From a virus (Duplodnaviria; Caudoviricetes), in IMG/VR virus record IMGVR_UViG_3300024272_002379: a stretch of 64,000 bases of DNA. One strand, written 5' to 3'. The notes under the pieces are model-generated. The model worked only from the letters and a program-made list of their open reading frames with translations, had not been told where the DNA came from and did no database searches. Below, piece by piece: positions 49,256-59,326 of the stretch; position 1 is the stretch's first letter, and each line of letters begins with the position of its first letter. Both the position numbers and the translations under genes were made by a program.

Positions 49256-52200
49256 TTATATAACTACTGGCTCAAATGTAACCTTAATTTGTGAATTAAC
49301 AGTTACATTATCAAGTTTAATTCCCTGATAATTTACACCAGCTATATCAATTGTTTCAAATGATGTAATGACTTCCATAACAGCATTTGTGTCTGCGTTA
49401 ACAACTGTTACTCCTTTAATTGCATAACCATCAGCAGGAATCAAAGGAAGTGTAAATGTTCCATCGTATTCAACATTTGTACTAACTGATGTCACTACTT
49501 GATTGTTATATAACATAGTACCTTTACCACCTTCAATGTAAGTATTGATATAGCAAGGATACTGCAACAACCAGTTGTCATCATTTGATGAATCCTTAAG
49601 AGGAGTGCAAGAGAATTTTGTAATGATAAATTTCTGTACTCCATTTGTATCCATTTCTTCTTTTACAGAATATAATACAAGGTACTTATCTGGAGCTGCA
49701 TCTGTTAACATGATGTCTCCACTTGGAATACTGTCGCCAATTTCACCAGTAAAAGGTACGCCATTAATGTTATACTCAAATGCTTCATTATCTACTGTAC
49801 CGTCATGTAAAACAACTTTAATTTGAGCACCTTCACCAAATGAATTAATTGGATTAGCTGAAATACCATAGAAAACTTTTTCGTCAGTATTAGGGTCAAA
49901 TCCTGCAATACCAACATAAGCTTTTGTACTATCTGCTTTAATTGTACCTTGAGAAAGAGTAACGCCAATTGTTGGAAGAATTGGATTATTTAAGTCACCC
50001 TGATACTCGCTTGTATTGATAACTGCAAGCTGAACAGGTACATAATCAGATGGAGTTGATTCATCACCAATCCAAGCTGTATCTGGAAGAACTTTCCAGT
50101 AAACACTACATCCGTTACTTGTTGTATCTCTTGGAATAATATCTTTATCCACAGGCCACCAAGCTTCTTCTGCAAGTTTTCCAAGCTCATCTATAGCAAT
50201 CTTAAGAACTTTGTCTTCATCAGCATATTCAGGCTCAACTTCCTGCTTCTTAATTGCAAGACCATATCTTGCATTAGGAGAGTCGCTAAGCGGTGAATAA
50301 GGAGCTGTAATTGGGAAGTATACGAATGTTTCTTCGTATTCGTCTGGTTCCTTTTCGAAATCCTTGTTGATTACTAATTCATCAAGAGCATATAAGCTTG
50401 AGCTGTCAATAACAAGTAAATCACTTAATGTTCCACGAGGACCATCGTTACCATGAGTAACTTTGATACGGTCTGCATAGTATTCGCCTGTATAGCTTGA
50501 TTTACCATACATAACCTTACTCATATACTCTTCTGTTGTTGCGAACATCATGTGATGTTTCTGATAGTAAGCTTTTGAGCGTGTATGATACATCATGATA
50601 GATGTAACACCATCTGATGTATTGTTACCGTAATCTCTGATTTTATCTACATCAATTACATTGCCGAATACATCTCTTGAAACGCCGCTATTGATAACAA
50701 ATTTTTCCTGATAATATCCGAAGCTTATAAAGATTGTATAAGTTTCGTCATATACATGACTTGGGTCAACAGTTAACTGTAAGATATCTGCTTTGCCATT
50801 TGTCATAACAAAGTTTCTCTTGTATGCTGTAACCACTCCAGTAACTGGTTTACCAGATGGGTCAACGATAACATATTTAGGCCAGTTCTCTCTGTTGAAG
50901 TAATTGTTTTCAGCTAACTGTACATAGTATGCACTACTATTTGTACATGGGCTGCTCCAAGGACATGAATCAATGAATTTCTGGAATTCATCTGCATCAT
51001 AAGTACCATCAGTAGCTTCTCTTTCTGTCATTGCGTAATTTGACATTGCATAGTTCACTTTTTCTGTTACTAATGTTGTATTACAAGGTTCTGTACTTGA
51101 TGAAGTAAACAGTGCAAAGTTACCTGCTGTATCGTTAATTGAGTTCTCGAATGAATCAATCTTACCACAATAACAAGCTGAAACCAAATGACGGTCTCTT
51201 TCGTAATCAAGAGAAGGATTACCCATTACAATAACAGAGAATCTGTCATTATTGGTATTAATCCAGTATCTCATTTTTGTATCAGCATTTAAACCTGCTG
51301 TTTCCAATGGAACCATTACTGTACCGTCATGGATACTTGATAAGTTTACGTCTTCGTCAATTGCGTCAATCATAACTTCTTCAAAGTCCTGATACCATGA
51401 CAACTTAGACCATGGAGAAATATGAGAATTTGTCTGAATAATTTCTCCGCTTGAATTGTAAACATTATCCATTGGGCCATTCATTTCTTCGTTAATGTTA
51501 TCAAACAATCTCATTAATACATAGTGGTTGTTTAATAAAGTAACTCTATCAGAAATAATGCTTTGACCTGATGTATCATATGTATATCTGATTACCAATA
51601 AACCGTCGATAGACGCTTCAAAAGTAACAGTATCGTCAAAGATGATACGCTTATTATCTACATGATACAATGCTGTATCTAATGGAATATAAATACCATC
51701 TAAGTAGAATTCAGGATTCAACCCTTCTGCTGGTACGTGCTGTACAACAAATTCACTACCTCTTGGAATAGTGTAAGTTGTTAACTTCTTAAGACCCTGG
51801 AAGATTACCGTATAGAGGTCTCCCTCTTTTGTAATCTCAATAGTAAGAGAATTTAGTAATGAATATTCTTTAGGTTCAATACCTTCTCCACCATCAAGAG
51901 TTCTAAGAATTAAATCGTATAAATCAGCATCGTCCTGTTTAATCTTTGTAAGGTAAGCAGCATTAACTACGATAGATGTTGAATTACCATCTGTAGATGG
52001 AACAGTGAATGATGTGCTACCATAAATGTTATTAAGTTTGCTTACGTAAGCATCGCAAACAGTAAATGTCATTTCGGTAGAACCAATAGTTGTATCGTCT
52101 TTCTTATCAACGCTACAAATAGAAGATGTATAGATATACTCTTCTGTTGCATGACGAGTTCTTAACGATTCTTCATAAAGCTCTTTTGTGATTACTTTAG

Positions 52201-52669
52201 GTGTAATACCTTTTCTCTCACAATCAAGAGGATAGCTTTCTGGGTTTGCAATGTAAGTAGGTTTGTAAATCTCTAAGTACATTGTCAAAGATGATTTGTT
52301 TTGGTCGCTATCAACTGTTAAATCGTCAATTTCTTCCTCAGCCAACTCTTTTGGAGTTGTGGTAGTTTTTAAGATAACTGTGTCTGAAATCTTATTAACC
52401 TGATTGAGAATCTTTCTTTCGTATTCTTCTGTTGTTAAGTTTTCAAGGTCAAGTCCCAATGATACATCTGGTATAGGATATACGATATCCCAGTTCTTTG
52501 ATTTAAGAATAAAAGGTTCTTCAATGATTTTACCATCCGTATCTCTAACTGGTTGTGACTTTACACCTAATGCTAATACTTTTGCTATTTCCTTTGGAAA
52601 GTCAGCAGAAGAACATAAGCCTTCATAGTATTTGAATACTCTGTATTCTCCACTAGCATTTGCAGCCAT
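49256..52669 (-). CDS. Large virion structural protein (possible fibre/appendage subunit)
   Basis: 1137 aa with strong SD and an upstream promoter-like motif. C-terminal TFTLPLIPADGYAIKGVTV resembles a bacterial repeat/Ig-like domain. Confidence 0.55.
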   Translation of the reverse strand: MAANASGEYRVFKYYEGLCSSADFPKEIAKVLALGVKSQPVRDTDGKIIEEPFILKSKNWDIVYPIPDVSLGLDLENLTTEEYERKILNQVNKISDTVILKTTTTPKELAEEEIDDLTVDSDQNKSSLTMYLEIYKPTYIANPESYPLDCERKGITPKVITKELYEESLRTRHATEEYIYTSSICSVDKKDDTTIGSTEMTFTVCDAYVSKLNNIYGSTSFTVPSTDGNSTSIVVNAAYLTKIKQDDADLYDLILRTLDGGEGIEPKEYSLLNSLTIEITKEGDLYTVIFQGLKKLTTYTIPRGSEFVVQHVPAEGLNPEFYLDGIYIPLDTALYHVDNKRIIFDDTVTFEASIDGLLVIRYTYDTSGQSIISDRVTLLNNHYVLMRLFDNINEEMNGPMDNVYNSSGEIIQTNSHISPWSKLSWYQDFEEVMIDAIDEDVNLSSIHDGTVMVPLETAGLNADTKMRYWINTNNDRFSVIVMGNPSLDYERDRHLVSACYCGKIDSFENSINDTAGNFALFTSSSTEPCNTTLVTEKVNYAMSNYAMTEREATDGTYDADEFQKFIDSCPWSSPCTNSSAYYVQLAENNYFNRENWPKYVIVDPSGKPVTGVVTAYKRNFVMTNGKADILQLTVDPSHVYDETYTIFISFGYYQEKFVINSGVSRDVFGNVIDVDKIRDYGNNTSDGVTSIMMYHTRSKAYYQKHHMMFATTEEYMSKVMYGKSSYTGEYYADRIKVTHGNDGPRGTLSDLLVIDSSSLYALDELVINKDFEKEPDEYEETFVYFPITAPYSPLSDSPNARYGLAIKKQEVEPEYADEDKVLKIAIDELGKLAEEAWWPVDKDIIPRDTTSNGCSVYWKVLPDTAWIGDESTPSDYVPVQLAVINTSEYQGDLNNPILPTIGVTLSQGTIKADSTKAYVGIAGFDPNTDEKVFYGISANPINSFGEGAQIKVVLHDGTVDNEAFEYNINGVPFTGEIGDSIPSGDIMLTDAAPDKYLVLYSVKEEMDTNGVQKFIITKFSCTPLKDSSNDDNWLLQYPCYINTYIEGGKGTMLYNNQVVTSVSTNVEYDGTFTLPLIPADGYAIKGVTVVNADTNAVMEVITSFETIDIAGVNYQGIKLDNVTVNSQIKVTFEPVVI

Positions 52670-52700
52670 ATTTGTTACCTCCTTTTAGAATGTCTTAATA

Positions 52701-52710
52701 TATAATATAC
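52701..52710 (-). promoter_or_regulatory. Candidate phage late-promoter motif GTATATTATA
   Basis: Same 10-mer as 30111 and 61214, about 20 nt upstream of the SD. Confidence 0.5.
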
Positions 52711-52725
52711 CAGTAAGATGAATGA

Positions 52726-53247
52726 TTATGAGCCCAAAATGGCGTCCATTTCTACACTCGTTATTTCGCCTGTTGGTTCTGATACAGCAAAAGTATCTAT
52801 TAAATCAACAGTTATTCGTTCCTCTTTAACTGGATTTCTTAGCGTTCTTACGCCAAGCCATACTTTCTTGGCAGTGCCACTAATGTTAACGAATTTAAGC
52901 TTAATATTTGAAGTAGGTGGAAGTTCATACACATATGTAGATGTACCTACATATAAGCCTTCTTTTACTTCCGTAGGAAACCAAGTATCAAACCATAATT
53001 CGTCATTTACGTATAAATTATAATAGTCGTTTTCTCCGTACCCACTACATGTAACAACTAATGACAATAATTCCATCTTTTCGTCTGGACTTGTATAATC
53101 TAAGTCATACACGCCAGCTATGGCTGGAATATTAATCATTTTCATTTTATTGTAAGGTTGGCTAAGCTGAGCGAAGTTCTTGATTTTCTGAACGTACTTG
53201 ACTTTATCAAGTTCTCCGCCAGCTACATATACAACTTGGAATCCCAT
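52726..53247 (-). CDS. Hypothetical virion protein
   Basis: 173-aa ORF with SD inside the structural operon; beta-rich. Confidence 0.6.
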   Translation of the reverse strand: MGFQVVYVAGGELDKVKYVQKIKNFAQLSQPYNKMKMINIPAIAGVYDLDYTSPDEKMELLSLVVTCSGYGENDYYNLYVNDELWFDTWFPTEVKEGLYVGTSTYVYELPPTSNIKLKFVNISGTAKKVWLGVRTLRNPVKEERITVDLIDTFAVSEPTGEITSVEMDAILGS

Positions 53248-53257
53248 ACTGTCACCT

Positions 53258-53926
53258 CTATCCTATACTTTGAACATAAGGCACATTATTATTAAACAAA
53301 TCAGGGTCCCCAATAAACTGATAATCATGAATGTCTTCAATGGGCAATACAACAGTATACTCGGTGTCTTCTGTTGTAATTAAAATATCATCATAGCTTA
53401 TACCAGAAATTTCATTCTGTGTTAAGCCTTCGAAATGAGCTTTGATATATCCAATATTGCTTTCTGGAATAACGTCACTAATTTCGTTGGCGTCTCGTAT
53501 ATCATAACTTACACACTCTACATATAAGTCATTAACCAATACCTTAATTACAAATCTCTTTGTTAGTTCGCCATCGCTATTAGGAACAAGTAAATTTACA
53601 ATATCCTGAGCTGTTAACCATTTATCATTTGCTTCGCTTTTAAGTGTAATATAAATATCACCAGGCTCCGCATCACTAACAACGGTGTTCATTTTATAAG
53701 TGATAAGCTCTGATATGATGTATTTGGATGATTTCAGTGAATTTATAACATTGTCTAACATGTTATTTATGAGCATTTTTGTATTTTTTGAAACGCCTTG
53801 AGTGAGTAAATACTCTTTGAAATCCCCTACAGATACCTGTTTTGTGTCTTCTCCGTCCTGTATAACCAAAATATCAGTATCTTGTATTTCAAGTGACGTT
53901 TTGGTTGTCATGTTATTAATTTTCAC
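53258..53926 (-). CDS. Hypothetical virion protein
   Basis: N-terminal MKINNM...DTDILVIQDGEDTKQVSVGDFK motif seen at fibre-protein N-termini. Confidence 0.55.
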   Translation of the reverse strand: MKINNMTTKTSLEIQDTDILVIQDGEDTKQVSVGDFKEYLLTQGVSKNTKMLINNMLDNVINSLKSSKYIISELITYKMNTVVSDAEPGDIYITLKSEANDKWLTAQDIVNLLVPNSDGELTKRFVIKVLVNDLYVECVSYDIRDANEISDVIPESNIGYIKAHFEGLTQNEISGISYDDILITTEDTEYTVVLPIEDIHDYQFIGDPDLFNNNVPYVQSIG

Positions 53927-54998
53927 CTTCTACACCTCCAGTCGTAACTTGAATCAGATTGCCACTTCTGAGCGTTTCAAGGAATTCTAATTCTTCCACT
54001 TCATCTATATTTACAGGAGTAAATATAACATAAGTTACGTCATAATAAGCATCATACACAACAGTCCATTTACCGTCCACTGTTTCATGTGCGTATTCCT
54101 CATGTTCTTCATCAAAACTTTCACCATAGACATAGCAATCATCTAATTTAAGTCTATTTTCATCAACTTTCCCTTTTATTTTAATATAAATAATATTCGT
54201 TTTCAAGTTATTATTTATACTGTCATCAGCAGGGAAAAACTCAAGAACTTCAATAGGCTCCTCTAATCCATCAAGAAACTCTTCAAGATGTATAATTTCT
54301 GGTGTATCCTGTTCCGAAACCACTGCATCTGTGATTTCTTTTATAAATATTTGATGGACATTACTCCATTCACCATTCTCACTTTTAACCCTTACATGAT
54401 ACATTCCTTCTTTAGCGTTAAAGCTAGGAGTGTACTTCATATTGTCTTCTATCTTATTGCCAGGAATTATCTCGTTACACAACAAAAGCTCGAAAGTATT
54501 ACTCTTTGAAATCTGGAATACATAAGACTCAGAGCATTGGTTCTTCCATACAAATTCAGGAATTGCATTTACAATACTTCCGTATTTTGGTGAAATGATT
54601 TCACATCTTGGGAAGCTTGCAATTGATTCTGTATAGAAGCAAGACACATGCTTCTTAATCATTTTGTTTCCAGTAATATCAGTGATACCATCGCTTAACA
54701 TTACCACATAACAGGTATCTGTATGGAATGGTTCGTTAGGCGTATAAGTAAGGACCTTATCGTTATACGATATAGAACCCTTAACAACACTGTATTGCGA
54801 ATAATCTTTCAAGCTATTGATATTTTTATATATTTTGTTGTAGTCTTCAAGAACGACAATATTCTTTACGAAGCTTGCAGGGTTAATATCAGCACTAAAC
54901 TTAATTTCTATACTTGAATGTACATTTATATTGTTAGTCTGGTTACTAGGAGATACTTCCAACACTCTTAAACCAATCGTTTCATTGTTGTTGTTCAT
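53916..54998 (-). CDS. Ig-like (Big_5-type) domain protein
   Basis: VLEVSPSN...IEIKFSADINP...LTYTPNEPF..DTCY.V....GITDITGN. The SD suggests the start is ATG at 54998. Confidence 0.65.
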   Translation of the reverse strand: MNNNNETIGLRVLEVSPSNQTNNINVHSSIEIKFSADINPASFVKNIVVLEDYNKIYKNINSLKDYSQYSVVKGSISYNDKVLTYTPNEPFHTDTCYVVMLSDGITDITGNKMIKKHVSCFYTESIASFPRCEIISPKYGSIVNAIPEFVWKNQCSESYVFQISKSNTFELLLCNEIIPGNKIEDNMKYTPSFNAKEGMYHVRVKSENGEWSNVHQIFIKEITDAVVSEQDTPEIIHLEEFLDGLEEPIEVLEFFPADDSINNNLKTNIIYIKIKGKVDENRLKLDDCYVYGESFDEEHEEYAHETVDGKWTVVYDAYYDVTYVIFTPVNIDEVEELEFLETLRSGNLIQVTTGGVEGEN

Positions 54999-55015
54999 AT
55001 CTTCACCCTCTATTT

Positions 55016-55384
55016 TTATTCAGCATCTTCTTTGGCTTTTTTGCCTTTTTTAGCTGCTGGTTTTTCTTCTACAGGAGCTTCCTGTTCAGCTTTATTATCG
55101 CTTACTTTTTCTGGTTCAGAACTTTTCTGTTCTGGGGCTTTTGCTTCCTGAGCAGGTTTCTTCTCTTCAGCAGTTTTAGCCTGCTTGCCCTTAACTGTAC
55201 CTGTTTTAATGTCGATTACTCCATCAACATCCAAGACTGTTTCAGCTTTAAGAGCCTTTAAAATAGCAGGAGTAACCTCGTTGGCATAACCAACGGGGCT
55301 ACTCACTGTTAAATGCAATCTTGAAACAGGACAGAAGAAAGCATAGTTATTAAATTTACGAGTATTTAACGCTAATTTGAACAT
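55016..55384 (-). CDS. Small protein with Lys/Ala/Glu/Pro-rich C-terminal tail
   Basis: Directly after the MCP, with a low-complexity C-terminus. Confidence 0.6.
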   Translation of the reverse strand: MFKLALNTRKFNNYAFFCPVSRLHLTVSSPVGYANEVTPAILKALKAETVLDVDGVIDIKTGTVKGKQAKTAEEKKPAQEAKAPEQKSSEPEKVSDNKAEQEAPVEEKPAAKKGKKAKEDAE

Positions 55385-55407
55385 CTGCTTTTCCCCCTGT
55401 TCTTATA

Positions 55408-56583
55408 TTACGGATTTAAGATGATTGTTCTTTCTGGTGTAGCGTAAGACTTAGCCATGCTAATATTCTTAGCTGAGCAGATTGCACGACCTTCATTATA
55501 TGTACCGAAACCGTAACGTTCGATAACTTTAACGTTGTTAAGGTCACGAGATGGGTCTCTGAACTCTTCTGTCTTTAACTCATCTTTAACAATCTGAACA
55601 CCAACGTTGTTTGCGTCAACACAGAACATATCGAATGTCTTGCCAACTCTGTCGATAGGAGCAAATGGAGAAAGATTAACATTGAACGAGAATGGTAATC
55701 TACCCTGAATGCTTTCTGGTCCTAACTTGAACTGAGCATTAGGCATTTCTCTCTTTGTCTCACGGTCAAATGGAGCTGTAAGAGAACCTGTTAAACCGTT
55801 ACGTGCAAATACTGTCCAAACGAGTGGATGCATGATAAGGTCTGTAGGTGTGTATTCATTGTTGTAAACAGCAATGATGATATCAAGTAAGTCGTCGATA
55901 CTCATTGTATCGTTTAAATTACCCTGGAAGTCAAGACCTGTTGTACCTGCTTCTGGGATTTGAGCTCTTAACTTGTTATCAAAAACTGTCCAGCCATGAC
56001 GTAACCATTCGTCAAAAGCTTTCTGTTCTTTTAAGCGTGCCATTGCACGACCAGCTTCCTGTAATAATACAGAGATAAGGTCAAATTCTAAATCAGACTG
56101 AAGTTCATCAGAGTACTGGATTCTTACACCACTCTTACCAACGTGGATAAGAGAATTTTTGTGTAACTGCCAGTCAACTGTTTCTTCTGGAATTTCCTGA
56201 CCTTCGGCTACGTCATGAGCTCTCATAACACCGATGGATGGGAACATTACCGCCTGACCATTTTTAAGACGAATTTTCTTATAGAATTTTGATGCTAAAT
56301 ATACAGGGTCTGCTGCCTGTCTCATTGTACCGATGATTACTCTAGGAATCAAAACTTTAGCTGAAGGAGATGCTAAGAAGTCCTTAAAGTTAAAGCCTGG
56401 TACATTTTTGCCGTCAAGAACATCACCGAAAGCTTTGAATACTTTTTCATCGCTATCAGTAAGCTGATACTGGTCTAATTCAGCATCTGTAAGACTTTGG
56501 CCTTTTTCTAATTTATCTTGTAATTCTTTCTGGAGAGAGGCATTTGCCTGCTCCATCTGGTCTAAAATGTTTACTAATGCCAT
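55408..56583 (-). CDS. Major capsid protein (HK97 fold)
   Basis: VAEGQEIPE...VGKSGVRIQYSDEL...AGRAMARLKEQKAF...PTDLIMHPLVW...KVIERYGFG; follows the protease and decoration genes. Confidence 0.9.
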   Translation of the reverse strand: MALVNILDQMEQANASLQKELQDKLEKGQSLTDAELDQYQLTDSDEKVFKAFGDVLDGKNVPGFNFKDFLASPSAKVLIPRVIIGTMRQAADPVYLASKFYKKIRLKNGQAVMFPSIGVMRAHDVAEGQEIPEETVDWQLHKNSLIHVGKSGVRIQYSDELQSDLEFDLISVLLQEAGRAMARLKEQKAFDEWLRHGWTVFDNKLRAQIPEAGTTGLDFQGNLNDTMSIDDLLDIIIAVYNNEYTPTDLIMHPLVWTVFARNGLTGSLTAPFDRETKREMPNAQFKLGPESIQGRLPFSFNVNLSPFAPIDRVGKTFDMFCVDANNVGVQIVKDELKTEEFRDPSRDLNNVKVIERYGFGTYNEGRAICSAKNISMAKSYATPERTIILNP

Positions 56584-56609
56584 TTTATATTCCTCCTATT
56601 TTTAATACC

Positions 56610-56631
56610 GCTGCCTCAATTAAGAGGCAGC
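56610..56631. other. Perfect 8-bp intergenic hairpin before the MCP
   Basis: GCTGCCTC-AATTAA-GAGGCAGC, with a T-rich flank on the plus strand only. Confidence 0.65.
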
Positions 56632-56638
56632 TTGTTTA

Positions 56639-57835
56639 TTATTTCTTAAGCAGAACATACATAGCACCCTGAACACCCTTGAAATCAGCCCAAGATGGAG
56701 TTCCATAGTGAAGTGCCTTGTAAGTTGCAGTTACTGTCTTACCAGCATCTGCTGCTGTCATTGCTACAGAGATAAGACCTTTCTGGTAATTGATTGTTAC
56801 TCTATCAGCAGGTACTTCAACGTTGTCAATCTTAACAACAACGCCATTCTGAAGATTTGCTAATTTACCACCAGCAAAGTCAACAGCCTGGAACTGCATG
56901 ATTGTACCATCGCTGATACCTAATGTAACAGTACCAATTTCCATATTGGTGTACTCTGTATCATTCTTACCGAAGCCATCATAGTTACCAGAACCGTCAT
57001 GTAAACCAACGATACCTGTAGGATTGTTGATAAGTCTTGACTGGTAATTCTGGAAGATTGTATTGCCTTCAGCGTAACCTGGGTCAAATGGATATCCTTC
57101 ATCAGAAGGTAAGTTAGAAACACCTGAACGGTTGATGAACTGGTCATCATCTTTGAGATACTGTTCTTCCCATAACATCCATTTCAACCAGCCTGTAGGC
57201 TCAGCGTTAAGGTCTGATGCAAGAACCTGACCAACGATTTCATGAGGAGCGTCTGTACCTGGAATCCATTTTGTTAAACGTCCTGATGGTGTAGCTTTTA
57301 AGTAATCACCATTCTGACATTCGCCAATAACAGCACCCCAAGGCATTCTGTTATCAACTGTAAGTTCCTGTTCCTCTTTTAATACGCCAGTTACGTCGTA
57401 TGTAGTCTGAGCTGTAAAGCCAGGCATGTATGGTAACTGAACATAGTCAAGAGTGATGATTGATGGCTGATTACCACCAAATCTGTCCATTTGGAACCAA
57501 TCTTTTGTAAAGTTGTATGGAGCCATACCGATTGTGTTTGCATTTAATGCAAGACCTGGTAATGTAATAGATGCCAAGAATTTCTTTGAAACATAATCTT
57601 TAACTGATGCACCAACGCCGACAACACGACCCTTTGGAATAACTACTTCATCCATACCAGGACCGCCATATTGGTAGTTGAATAATACACCATCTTTAAA
57701 GATGCTGCTCATTTTCTTGTCTAAGAACTGTGGGTCAAGAATCCATTTCTCTGCTGGTGACATATGACCAGAACGTACTAACGCTGTATGAGAACGTGAA
57801 CCCTGTTGGTTTTCATAACCTCTAAATAAAGCCAT
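56639..57835 (-). CDS. Head decoration/minor capsid protein
   Basis: Lies between the scaffold and the MCP. VVIPKGRVV...GDYLK..PSGRL..W...IVGQV beta-tulip-like pattern with an inserted beta-sandwich. Confidence 0.6.
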   Translation of the reverse strand: MALFRGYENQQGSRSHTALVRSGHMSPAEKWILDPQFLDKKMSSIFKDGVLFNYQYGGPGMDEVVIPKGRVVGVGASVKDYVSKKFLASITLPGLALNANTIGMAPYNFTKDWFQMDRFGGNQPSIITLDYVQLPYMPGFTAQTTYDVTGVLKEEQELTVDNRMPWGAVIGECQNGDYLKATPSGRLTKWIPGTDAPHEIVGQVLASDLNAEPTGWLKWMLWEEQYLKDDDQFINRSGVSNLPSDEGYPFDPGYAEGNTIFQNYQSRLINNPTGIVGLHDGSGNYDGFGKNDTEYTNMEIGTVTLGISDGTIMQFQAVDFAGGKLANLQNGVVVKIDNVEVPADRVTINYQKGLISVAMTAADAGKTVTATYKALHYGTPSWADFKGVQGAMYVLLKK

Positions 57836-57852
57836 CTTTTTTTCCTCCTTTA

Positions 57853-59325
57853 TTATTTAAACAACTTACCAACAATGTCATTTGCAAAGTCGTCTACGGT
57901 CTTCTTTGCGTTGCTGTCAGTAGTTTTTTGTTTATTAGCATCGGCAGAGCCGTTACTATCTTTGTTATCGTCCACTTTCACTGGACTTGCTACCTGTGCA
58001 GGTGTGCGTGGAGCTTTGGAATCTGCTGCATCTTTCTGGAGTTCACTTAACTCTTTCATAGACATTGCAACCAATTCCTCTTTACGAGAATCCTTATTCT
58101 CTTCTGTTAAAGAACCTGCTGTGAGCTCTTTAACGATAATGCTATCAGCTACTAATTCTTTATTGGCTACTGCAAGTGTATGACATTTTTCTTTCATGTC
58201 ATTAGCCTCTGTCTGAGCTGCTGTTAATTCCTCTTTTGCTTTTTCAAGAGCATCTTTTGTCTCTGTTAATTCTGCTTCAAGAGATTCATTTTTAGCAGTT
58301 GCATCAGCTAATTGCTGTTTTAACTGTTCTAATTCCTCATTAGAATCATTCACCTGTGAATCAGTTTCTGGTGTTTTGCTGTCATCTACAGTTCCTTCTG
58401 GTGTTTTATCATCACCTTCTGGAGTTTGTGGTTCTTGCGAATCTGTAGTTGACGCTGTTGCATTACCTAATAACTGGTCAATCATATCACAAACGCTTTT
58501 CTTTACATTTTCAGCGTTCTGGTTTTTGTCAGTATTAGTTCCAGCCATTGCGTTTTCCTCCTTATTATCCTTTTTCTCATTACTGTCTGTTACAACAGTA
58601 ACTTTTATAATTTGTGCAAAGTCATCAGCAGGATTATTAACTGTAGATACCTCATGATATTCAATATCTTTGGCACCCCAGTAACATATCTGGTCTTTGT
58701 ATGTTTCTCCTCGCCAATGTCCACAGAATTTAAATTTACCGTCCTTTAGGATGGTTTTGCCACAAACGTTACATGTGACAGTACCCATTGTTCCACCAAT
58801 ACTTACTGTACCATAACGTCCATCAAGGAACTTAGGAATTGCATCCTGGTCTGTGATTCTTGTTTTTAAATGAATAGCACTTCTTTCATCTGTTAATTGA
58901 GATGGTCCATGCCAAGCTTGAGTAATACGACCAAGTGGCTCTCCACTATAATCATTATGATTTTTTAATACTGGTTTCTTAAAAGGATTAACGAATGATT
59001 CAGCGTCTTTCTCCATGCTGTCTTCATAATATATACAGTAATTATGATTCTTACCAGAATGGGTAGCTTCCATTTCGACATCAAGAGCAAGTACCTGAGT
59101 TTTACCAGATGCCATGTCTTTCAATAATTGCATTGAATCAATGACTTGTCCATTCTGGTCTACATATTCAACGTCGTGAACTTTTTGTACTCTATTCTTT
59201 ATACCGTCAGTGATGGAAGCAGATGAATTTTCACCTAAATCACCGTTAATATCACAAATTTTAGACACATCTACGGAAAAGCTTTTTCCGTTAGCGTCTG
59301 TAACTTGTTGAATTACATCTGCCAT
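57853..59325 (-). CDS. Prohead protease fused to scaffold
   Basis: KPVLKNHN...PLGRI...GRYGTVSIGG...CNVCG...CGH...EVSTVNNPAD protease domain, followed by an acidic linker and coiled-coil scaffold. Confidence 0.85.
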   Translation of the reverse strand: MADVIQQVTDANGKSFSVDVSKICDINGDLGENSSASITDGIKNRVQKVHDVEYVDQNGQVIDSMQLLKDMASGKTQVLALDVEMEATHSGKNHNYCIYYEDSMEKDAESFVNPFKKPVLKNHNDYSGEPLGRITQAWHGPSQLTDERSAIHLKTRITDQDAIPKFLDGRYGTVSIGGTMGTVTCNVCGKTILKDGKFKFCGHWRGETYKDQICYWGAKDIEYHEVSTVNNPADDFAQIIKVTVVTDSNEKKDNKEENAMAGTNTDKNQNAENVKKSVCDMIDQLLGNATASTTDSQEPQTPEGDDKTPEGTVDDSKTPETDSQVNDSNEELEQLKQQLADATAKNESLEAELTETKDALEKAKEELTAAQTEANDMKEKCHTLAVANKELVADSIIVKELTAGSLTEENKDSRKEELVAMSMKELSELQKDAADSKAPRTPAQVASPVKVDDNKDSNGSADANKQKTTDSNAKKTVDDFANDIVGKLFK

Positions 59326-59326
59326 T

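Noticed and set aside
1320-53260. Possible TAG stop-codon reassignment, as in some gut phages
   Set aside because: Coding density is already near complete under code 11. TAG ends many genes right at the next SD (for example TAGGAGG), and no genes are fragmented by TAG.
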